Below, piece by piece: positions 27,768-38,053 of a DNA stretch of 64,000 bases. The stretch comes from Antedon mediterranea (lineage: Eukaryota > Animalia > Echinodermata), in the NCBI RefSeq assembly GCF_964355755.1, contig NC_092670.1:2098201-2162200 (forward strand), given 5' to 3'. Made by a program: the position numbers and the translations under genes. Position 1 is the first letter of the stretch. Each line of letters opens with the position of its first letter. Below the pieces are notes generated by a model that had not been told where the DNA came from, ran no database searches, and saw only the letters and a list, made by a program, of their open reading frames with translations.

Positions 27768-30700
27768 AATTAGATAACAACAAAGATTCTCAAGAGCCTG
27801 GTAAGTTGTTATTATTTTATATATTAAAGCATTGTTTTTATGTTTGATTAAATTATTTTATCAATAATGTATATTTGGTTTCATTTTTTCTTGTATCAGA
27901 TGATTTTACAGAGTCTCAAGAACCAGGTATTTTAAAAATTCTTATATTCAACAATGTTCTTCATGTTAGTTTAGGCCTATAGATATAGACTACTGTAGGT
28001 CATAATTAATTTGTTAATTTAATTTAAATATTTTGATTCAGCATTATAGATGCTTGTGTGTTTTGGCTTTCCCTGCCTTTTATTTATTTTGTATTTGGTA
28101 GTATTATGAATAAAACAGAAATAAACTTACAAGAAAAAGATATATATCCATTGATATAATTGTAAAAATCAATGGACCTTTCCTAGCTAGAATGTTACAA
28201 TAGGTGCAGCATATATAACACTTACATTATTTTCCTTTCTCTTTAGTTGAAGATGAAGATTTTTTTAATCTACGTAAGTACATAATTGAAAATAATAAAA
28301 GAACTGATATATACTGATTTGCTCCTAAAAATGCCCCTGTTGTTGATCCATTGTAGCAATAGTTTTAGTATAATTAAATAAAAAACAATTTTATTCCAGC
28401 TGAACTAGATATATCATGGACAAAGCAAGAGAGTTGTGAGTATATAAATCTTTTTGTACATAAAAATAAATTATATGTTATAATAAAAGTATAGTCTGAA
28501 TAATATTTTTTATTAAGTCAGCCGGTCAGCAGATTAGACCTACTAATTCTGCACTCACTGTAGCAAACAATGAAAAACAAAGTAATGGGACTTGAATTAC
28601 AGTAACAAAGTTATTAAAAGATGATTTTAAAGCTTGCAGAAAATATTATGATCCAAATTCAACATTTTTTTACAGTTAAAATAGGTGCAGATTGGAGAAC
28701 CAAGCAAAACATTGATCTGAATATTAAACAAGAAGGTATGTATAAATTGTGTATTGTTATGTTTTTTTATTTATTGAACAATAACCTAATTTGTATGCAG
28801 CAATACAACAAACAATTATTTCAAACTCCTTTTATACAGTGATAAGTGATGAAGATGAGCAGAAAGATGATGATGAAGATGAGCAGAAAGATAATGATGA
28901 TGAGAAGAAAGGTAATACTAATAGGAATTAAAAGTTTTTATTCAAACAGAACTGTGCTTAGTTATGATATACAGTATTACATACTAATGTTACACAATGC
29001 TACAGTATATTTAAATGTTGTTCTTTAAATAGCTCAAGAAATTGGTAGATATTATGATAATGAAACGGCAGAGAATGGTAAGTCTAATATAGTACAATTT
29101 AATAATTATCAAATCAGTAGGCCTAATATAAATTTTTAAAATTGTATAAAAATGAAATGGTAGTTTTGTACATTTTTACAATAATATTATAATCATATTG
29201 TTACACTATATACTACTGTACGGTTTCCCCTTTCTTTTAAAAATGGGATTTAGGTTAATAAGATATGTCATTTTTTCATTTTTTGTGATTGATTGAGTGA
29301 TCGATAACTGGTAATCAAAATTATAAATCTCTCTTTAAGATGAAAATTTAAAAGTGACTACAATATAAACATGATTACAGTTCTAATTGCTTTTAAAATG
29401 AAAAAAAATTTTGTTTAAAGCTCTTACCACCGCATGGAAACAGAAAAATCATAGGTGTTTGCTAAGTAAAGTTGGAGATTTTAAAATATACAACAATGAT
29501 ATAAAAACTATTGAGAGTTGGCTCTCTGATCAGGTAAGCCTAATATGTTTGTAATCTAAGTTAAATGAAGTTATTTAAAGTCTGTCAATACCTTTTGTGT
29601 TTTGTTGTATTTTATGTATGTTTTGATCTCTTTTATTTAATGTAAGCATGTTTAGGTCCACCCTTTATAAATAATATTGTTTAATTGTTTTGTAATACTA
29701 AGTTCTGTATGTTTATTTGAACAACAGAAAGAATTGAATTACATTATTATTTATTGGGCTGTGTAATATCATTACTCTTTTAAATTGCAGGTCATAGATG
29801 TGTACATAGAAATGTTAATGCATAGGAATAAGGTTGGTACTGTATTCCATTGTCAAAATATAGTTAAATAACAATTTATAATGACCTCATAATTGTACAG
29901 TGAAACAGGACTGGTGAATTAGTATTTACACAAAATTGAATATAAATGTAACATACCACTATCTTCAACAGTAAAAGATAACTGTAATGTGCTTTCAAAT
30001 GTTAAGCATATATTTTCTATTGTGTCATACAGGAACAGAGAACACACCGAATTGATGCAGTGATTATGACAGAAATTCTGAAAGGAAAGTGTCAAGAAAA
30101 CTATCTGAGAAGGGTAAGGATTTCGAACAACCAGCAATGTAGGTTTTACATGTTGAAAAGTTTACTGTCCATGTGGCAGCACAACATCTCTTATATCAAC
30201 ACGAAGTCACTGATAGTGTCCCTATAACATGATGAATTAAATAAAAGCACACTGAGTAATCAATATTCCTGAATATTTATTTGAACATTTATATTGAATG
30301 ACATCAGTCACACAGATTCAAATTGATTCACATGCCTTTATGTCACATGAGATACAAACTGACTAGATATCCACAAATGTTTTCACACTATGTATTATTA
30401 TAAATATGTTTATTTCATTAGGTTGACTTGTCGCAATTTGACATCATAATAGGCGCACTGATTGAGAATCGTCACTGGACACTTGTGGTATATATTCTTT
30501 ATGTAAAAAATATAAACTATAACTTTAGGGACATGTTTTTTCCACAATTTACTACATTATCATATACTTTATTTTAAGAAGTGATATGGAAATTTTCTTC
30601 ATATTTCTTTAAAATACATATTGCCAGTTATTATTCACTTAAAAAGCATTACAAATATATAACATGTAAAGTAAATTGTGATTAACTATTATTGGCAAAT

Positions 30701-33700
30701 GACATAGTGTCCGACAAGTCATCCATAATAAGTAATAACTAATAAAGCTCTTGAAATTGTTCTAAAGAAATAATATCATTATAATATCAATTGATAAATA
30801 ACATATTTAATTCCAGGTTGGATACCCACAGCAAAGACTACTGATATACCTAAACTCGTTAGGAGAACTTCAAGAACAAGTTGAGACCATCAAGATGAAC
30901 TGGAAGTAAGAAAACAAATATTAACGAAAATGAGCTCACAAATACAGTACATAAATCAACCATTGCATGCTACTAATATGATTCATTGTTTATTTATTAT
31001 TAGCAAATTTCTACAGATGAGATTCAACAAGGGAATTGTGGGAAGTGAGCAAGAAAGTTGGGATGTATCTACATCTGTTCATTCCAAACAACAAGACAGT
31101 TCGTCATGTGGTGTGTTTGTACTAAAGGTAAATATGAACAATTACAGTACATACATTCGTTATCAAAACAAATCAACTTTTTCTAATTATATGCCATGTA
31201 TGTAACATAGTTTTATGCTGAAGTGCTCTAAACGTTGTTTGGCATTTCTCAACAAAATCAATTAACAGCGCAAATTTTTATTCTAAGTTTGCACAGGCTT
31301 CATTAGAAAATCAAAGTCTGATTTTTAAAACAGACAAGAAATCAATACAGCATTACAGAAAACAAATTGGTGTAGAAATGTTAATGGCTTCAGGTATGAT
31401 TTTTTACAGATATTGTACACTGATAGTACTTTTAATTATAGTCAATAAGTGAACTATAGGTTTTATTGAATTCTAACAATGGTATTTTTCTTTAAAGGTT
31501 TGAATTGCTAATAAACACTAGTAAAGTTAGGTTTGCAGTATGCTATGTGTTTTTCGTGTGCACCACAAACCTAACTTTACTAATTCTAACAATGTTTCAA
31601 ACAATTCAGCCTATAGTTTATGACTTACTCCATACTGTAATTAAGCACTTAGCAACTCAAAGATATACAGAGAGCAACAGAGGGCTTGTTATTTGTTATT
31701 TTGCTTCATATTTAAAATAGTAGTATTTTTTATCAACTACATATCAATTTTTCTGAAATTCAATAATTCAATGTTCTGTGAGTATATATTCAGGATTATA
31801 ACTTGAAAATTGTGGATGCTATCGTGCAAACAAACAAACAATAAATAAATTGCAGACAAAATACAGCATGCCTTGGTTGCATAAGTTTTGCTGCCTGATG
31901 AAAATTATAAGGATATAAAAACTCTAAACCTTCAAGTCAGACAATTTCAAGAAAATATCAATTTACATCCAATATGAAGTAGATAAATTTTAAATATTGG
32001 GATTTTTCTAATGAAATGTTGATATAACTGTAGCATCAAGTAATTATAAATTTGTATTCTTGTTGGACAGAAAACCTAGATTCCTATTGCAGAATCTGTG
32101 GATATGAAGATCTGCCGACTAGTTTAGATAACAATGATACTCAAACAGTGCAATGGGTAGGTACAACAATATAGATGAACTACAAAATAATCCAGGGTCT
32201 AGTATACTTTATCCGCACAGCAAATGCCACATGCACGCCATGCATTAGAATATTGCTCACAGAAAAAGATTATGCCACTATGCCCTAAAGAAAATGTATG
32301 CCATCTACTTTGTGTCATATAGTATATATAGTATACATAGAATACTGTATACATGCTGTAGCATGTAGCATGCCTTTTATTAACATTTTTAACATGATGA
32401 CTTTGTCAAAATAAAAACCAAAGAACGTAATTTTGGAAGAAAAGTATCTGAGCAACAAGATTATTAACCAAAAATGGATACACAGGTGCATGACTTTTTA
32501 AATGTGATAAACAATGAAGCATAAGATAAAAATCTAGAAATTTTTCGTTCAACTAGCCATATGATTCATATCTACAATTCAGTATCACATTGATTATTCA
32601 TAGCAGCTATATAACAGATTAAAATTTACTGTAAAGAAAAAAATAAATGACCCATATTATTATTATTTGAATTTGTTGACATGATGTTGTCATCAAAATT
32701 AAAATGTTTGTAAATCAGGCTTAAGATATTTAATTGAGCAAACAACTATTAAATTCTTGAGGGAAATTGTACGAATAAGCGAGATGCGCAATATTAATTG
32801 TTTCACGAATCATGTAAAAAGTTCATCAGAACTTAATTCAACAGAAAGTGTTAAAAAAAAAATAACTGTTAGTGTTTAATCTATGATCAATTTTTAAAAT
32901 TCATGAAATTTTAAATCATGTTGCACAATTCTGACATTAAAAATAGGAGGTACACAACTTCATATAAATAAATGTCTATATGTTGACAAAGTTACGCAAT
33001 ATTGTTTGAACATTTTATAGCTACGTGACCATAAAGAAAGAATAATAAATAACAAGGAGTTATATATAAGTGCTAAAACAATTTTTCATAATTACCAACA
33101 ATCTATACTTCAATTAAATCCCTGGATTAATAGAAGGAACTAGGGTTTGCTAGGCAAATATTAAATATTGATAAGATCATTTTGTTTTGTGAATTATAAA
33201 TTTGCAGTTGGATATGCAATTATATAATAAACCTGTAGGCCTAACTATTTTTATTCATTTTTTGCAGATTGCTTGTGAGGAATGTAAACCAGATAAGTGG
33301 TTTCACATAGAATGCACAGAAATCTGTCCATCATTTAGTATGAATCAAAAATATAAATGCAAAAGCTGCACGCCTCTAAAAAAAACAACACAGCAAAAAC
33401 CAGATAAATCAGAGCCATTTGAACTTGTTTATTTATCAAACAGGATACGAAAATGCAAGGGATGTGGCAAGGAGTTTATAAAGCCAATTATCTCTCCATA
33501 TAACACTGTCATAAGACACAAAGAGCGAACCCCTTACTTTAACAAAGCAACGGGTCAAATGGCACTGTCAAAATTGGCAAATGTATACTTCCATCCCAGT
33601 ACAAAGTGTGTGAGACTTTGTCATCCTGGTTTCAAGCCAATTCACTTGATAAAGGCCAAGGAAACCATGTTAACGAATGTCCAAAAGACATTTCTTCAAA

Positions 33701-33723
33701 TGAAAGGTTTTAATTTAAGTTAA
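20568..33723 (+). CDS. Ginger1 transposase polyprotein (~1150 aa, ~50 exons): integrase + GPY/F + acidic micro-exon linker + Ulp1/C48 protease + PHD + PARP-like zinc finger
   Basis: Integrase exons 20568-20682, 20950-21140, 21257-21328, 21474-21707, 21928-22034, 23058-23232, 23332-23671 (GEYPPEY; AHD..GGHQG..CEKCQ; GIDLMGP; ISDNGREF; YHPQTNGLDE = D35E; GPF). Phase-1 micro-exons 23949-29077. Ulp1 exons 29421-29533, 29791-29832, 30033-30113, 30422-30487, 30817-30905, 31004-31127, 31288-31393 (WLSDQVID, HWTLV, YLNSL, QQDSSSCG). PHD exons 32071-32156 and 33268-33723 (CRIC..W-IACEEC..WFHIEC..CKSC). All junctions GT-AG and in frame by manual splicing. Confidence 0.85.
22075..23000. mobile_element. 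MITE-like insertion in integrase intron 5 with ends built from CTAGAAAACTAAG motifs
   Basis: Both ~170-bp ends consist of (CTAGAAAACTAAGA / TCTTAGTTTTCTAG) repeats and are imperfect inverted copies (ATGATGGGTATCT vs AGACACCCATCAT). Confidence 0.6.
24201..27414 (+). repeat. ~131-bp tandem array; each unit is a 27-nt micro-exon plus a ~104-nt intron (25 core copies, more diverged copies from 23949 to 27926)
   Basis: Every unit reads TAG|ATAACATCACAGAG(C/T)CTCAAGA(G/T)CC(A/T)G|GTAAGT or a close variant; encodes DNITE(P/S)Q(E/D)(P/T) in phase 1. Confidence 0.92.
32188..33129. repeat. Dispersed repeat in the last Ginger intron, possibly HINE/MITE-like
   Basis: Inverted ends TAATCCAGGG / CCCTGGATTA; segment ~32880-33050 is similar to ~10190-10370 (AAAATAGGAGG.ACACAACTTCAT..ATATGTTGACAAAGTTACG). 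Confidence 0.45.
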
Positions 33724-34629
33724 ATCAAGTTACTATTTTTTGACATTTGGATAGTAAATCACACTTTTAGGTCGAAAATATAAATTGGTAGCACCAATTT
33801 ATTCTATTACTATTTATCCTGTTTTATATATCTTTTAACAAAAGTATTGAAACACATTTTTTAAAGAACCTTTAGGTTGAAAATATGAATTGGTAGCACC
33901 AATTTATTTTAATATTTAACCTGTTTTATATATCTTTTAACAAAATTTAAAATATTATAATAGTATTTTATTGGTTACTCTCCTTTAAAATGTAGGAATT
34001 ATTAATTTATAATATATTGTGCTATGCGACATACCTATATTAAAAAAGTTACATACAGGTATTACACACATTTTTGTTATTGTATGTATCTATACAAATG
34101 GGGTATCAATATGAGGGAGTAATGGATCATAGCCTTATGCTGTACTGGGTGGGTTTTCATTTAACATTTGAAAACTGCCACGACGGACGGGCAGGGGAGG
34201 TTGGTGACGGGGGGAGGGGGGGTTGGTACCCACTCTGCGGCAAGTATCTCTGCTTACAATCATGCTCTCGCACCTTTAAGTAGTGCAATTATTTTGTTCT
34301 CATTCCAGTTTCTACTTACAGTATTTGTGATAGCTATACAGTAATTTTACAAGATTACAATTATTTTACCACACAATTTTCTTTGCACTTTTGTTTTACA
34401 CCATAGCAATGTTGATCTTTTTTAAAATTAAGTATACACTAAAATACAAAAGTGGAAATGTATGTTGAACTGAACGTATTTATTTTAAATCTTCTGATGT
34501 AGTATATTCAATTTTAATTCATGATCAGTTTCCTTTCTGACTTTCCATGGAAAAAATGTGTGAAACTTTTGCACTTTCTCCACCGTCCATATTGTTGTTG
34601 TAATCTTTCTTTTAATTGTATAATATGTC

Positions 34630-35280
34630 TGAATGCGGCCAAAAATGATATTGCTTACAATGCTAAGAAATCATCTTGTATGATAATCTGTCCTAAATCA
34701 CAGAGGATTCAATTGAAACCTATTATTACCATTAATGACAAAAGCTTAGAATATGTTGACTCAACCATATATCTTGGTCATGTTATCGATATAAAGCGGC
34801 AATACAGATCTTTGTGTATCTGAGCAAACTCCTTGGTCAGAAAATTTAGTATGTGTTCTATCAATGTAAAATGTGTTTTATTTAGAACATATTGTGTAAA
34901 TATGTATTGCGCTACATTATGGTGCAACTATAATCAAGGTACCTTGCGATCTCTCCAGGTATGCTACAATAATGGTTTAAGAATGTTGCTACAAAGGCCT
35001 CGACATTGCAGTGTCAGCCTTATGTTTACGGAATGTAGAATTCCTTCTTTTTATGAATTGCCAAGAAATCAATATATGGCCTGATGGGTAGACTAAATGC
35101 AAGCGAAAATATTTTAGTCTCAACGATTATAAGCAACGTCTTAGTTAAGTCGAAGATGCCCTCTAGGTGGATTACAGTAGTAGTAGTAATTAGTCTTGTT
35201 TATTTTATTTCATTTATATGTAATTTTCACTTTCTATGGACCAGAGATTCCGAAATAAAAGAATGAATGAATGAATGAAT
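34630..35280 (+). mobile_element. 5'-truncated, degraded non-LTR retrotransposon 3' end (RTE-X-like) nested in Ginger
   Basis: RT C-terminal motifs YNAKKSSCM..YLGH..DIKRQYRSL..ANSLVRKFSMCS..VKCVLFRTYC..LW with a stop and frameshifts; ends AATAAAA(GAAT)n. Clade assignment is tentative. Confidence 0.75.
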
Positions 35281-36802
35281 AACCCCAGTGTTGTTAATTT
35301 GTCCAAAGTACAGTACGCCTTTTTACATCAATTTAATTTTAACATTTTTCACAATTGTGTCGTTTTGTTCAAGTGCTTTTGGAGTGCCCTCAATTTTAAA
35401 TAAGGTTTCAATTTTATACCATAAAACCTTACCAGGCAATACTTTTGCATCATTTGTCATTATTTTCGTGTTTTTACGAGGTCAAATGTCAAAATTGAAA
35501 TGGTCTCAAATTTGAAATTGTTAAAAGTTGCAAATTTTTGATACAATTTGCCATACCAAGTTTTATGATTTCTAACCAAATTTGAAGTATTTTAGGTCTA
35601 AGAAGCCTACCAATAGTGGAACTCTCCCAATAGAACATGATTTTTAATAAAGGCTCCGTCAAATCCATTATACACAATTGTGTATCACATTTCAATCTGT
35701 AGTAGAATGACATGATCTACAATTTACCAAGTATTTTGATAATACAATTTTCACTGTATTCACTTATACAGTAGGACTATTCTGAATGAATGAATGCGCT
35801 GCTTGCACAGCATTTATTGTCAAATATATAAAATATTTAAAATAAGTTTTTAAATGACGCCCTACAAAGAACAGATCGCACAACACAAAAGTTTGACGTT
35901 TAAATAGAGGTGCCAAATTTTTTCATAGCTAGTACTAGTAGTAGGGGATATTTATTAGATTTATACTGTATTTCCTGTTACCACATTACACCTAAAAAAT
36001 AAACGCCTAGGCCCTAGGCCTAGTTAGGTCTCTACTGAGTAGGCTAGTAACTACTATAAGTACTATCTCTACCACCATCTACTAGGAATAAGCCTAGGCC
36101 CTAGGCCTATAGTAGTAGTATTACTTTACCTAATAAGGCTAGTAGTAGAGTAGACAATAATTAATAAACTTTCTTTTAGGCCTATATTCTATATAAGTAG
36201 TAGGCCCAGTAGTAGAATGCTTACTACACGGGAATCCCTTACTACTTGGGTAGTAGGCCTGGCCCTACGGGATACGGCCCCTACTCACCACCACCATCCG
36301 ACCCCATTTATTTTTACCTTTTCACAGTCTCAGTCAGGCCTAGCTAGGCCTAGCTAGGCCTATGACTTGTATTGTAGACCTATGCTAGGCCTAGTGTATG
36401 TCTTTAATAATAGTAGTATACTTTATTACGGAGTGGGAAATATATCCTTCCTCTAGGCTAATTAAAAAAGAATAATTAATAAATAACTAGGCCTAGGCCC
36501 TAGACCTAGGCCGGCCATCTAGGCCTAGGCCTACTACCTATAGGCCTAGTATCCCGTACGACACACGACGTACAGTACACACTTCTTCTTTTTTAACACA
36601 CGCGATCCATATCATCATCATCAGAGGGGATGCTAAAAAATATGGGCGGTTCGCAAATGCAAATTAGACTGTGACGTCATTTGTAATTCGATAGGGGGTG
36701 CACTCTGTTATGGGGGTACCTAAAATTTTAGAACAACGACGTTGTGGTGGTTGTAGTCGGATCTTCATAGAACCAGGGAAGAGTTTCTTCCCTGGTACTG
36801 TA

Positions 36803-37974
36803 GAACGGTAGTAAAGTTTTCGGAAAACTATAGAGGGCGTCATTGTACTAAAATAAACGCAGTCAAGCATTTAGTACCAAGAGCAGACAATTTCGGTTAC
36901 TTAGCACGGAGTCACCATTGATTATTTGGTTGTTAGAAAATTGATGTTTTTTTGTCCATACATTTTAGAAACAAGTTAACTACTACCTGTACTATTAGAA
37001 ATCGGAAAAAAGAATATTATATGTTGCAGTTTGAACAAAAATAATAAGATATTTGAAAAACGTGGACAATCCTAAATGATATTACGAACATCAAATTGGG
37101 TACTGAGACTTTCTCTTATAATGATAAGAATGCTGATGTAACTCCTTTTTTTTTAATATCGGAGAAAAACTAAATAATAAATTTAGGCATGAAGGTCAAA
37201 ATGATCAAAACACTCACAGAACTTTCTTAAAATGAAATTTTACCTCTTCAAGTGTTTTTTAAACCTGCTACTGAGCATGAAATTAACCACTATATTAAAA
37301 AAAAAAAAAAATACTGCTCTTGGCCATGATGGTATAAAGTCCTCAACTTATAAAATCTGCTTCTCTGTTTATTTTAAAACCTTTAGTGCCTATTATCAAT
37401 ACCTCATGATCATCGGGTTCTGTCCCAACTGATATAAAAATTGTTATCCCGGTAATTGAATACAGTCTGGAACCGCTTACCAAACTACCGTACATTGTAT
37501 TTCTTACTTAATTATATAAAACGTAACGAACCATTTATTATCAGATAAAACTGAAGTGAAAACGCCTGTGTCTGCTGTGTGGTAACATACAGCAGATAGT
37601 ACCGTGTACTTAGCACACACACTGGATTAGTACATTTTTGGAAATACAGTTTCCCTTTATATGTGAAGCTTGCTTGCTTGCAAGGACGTAAGCACAACGC
37701 AGTCGAGTTGACCAATGACGAATAATTTCGCTTTTGGTCAAATTACCTTGCGTTGCGCTTATGCCCTTGCGAGAACCAAGGACCCCACTAAGGACCAATC
37801 AATTAATATAATAAGCGCGTAATGTTGTGGTAGAGGATCTTTGAACGGTAGTAAAGTTTTCTGAAACTATAGAGGGCGTCATTGTACTAAAATAAACGCA
37901 GTCAAGCATTTAGTACCAAGAGCAGACAATTTCAGTTACTTAGCACGGAGTCACCATTGATTATTTGGTTGTTA
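36803..37974 (+). repeat. Direct duplication of ~132 bp (36803-36935 and 37843-37974)
   Basis: GAACGGTAGTAAAGTTTT...GGAGTCACCATTGATTATTTGGTTGTTA occurs twice with only a few differences. Confidence 0.9.
37030..37490 (+). mobile_element. Degraded CR1/L2-like LINE fragment (pre-RT linker)
   Basis: Frameshifted remnants KTWTILNDI, FLKPATEHEI..KKNTALGHDGI, KPLVPIINTS, TNYR. Confidence 0.55.
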
Positions 37975-38053
37975 AGCCTTTCAGAAAATAACTCGGCCTA
38001 AAACTCACATGTTTTTACTTTTGTCCAGTACTTTTATTTAACATTTCTAAACG

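Larger units (their letters stand above)
11100..36735 (+). mobile_element. Full-length Ginger1-type (Gypsy-integrase-related) DNA transposon, ~25.6 kb
   Basis: Left TIR 11100-11154 TGTTCTAAAATTTTAGGTACCCCCGTAACAGAGTGCACCCCCTATCGAATTACAA; right TIR 36681-36735 is its reverse complement with 1 mismatch. ACGA TSD at 11096-11099 and 36736-36739. Encloses an intron-containing integrase with no gag, RT or RNase H. Confidence 0.93.
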
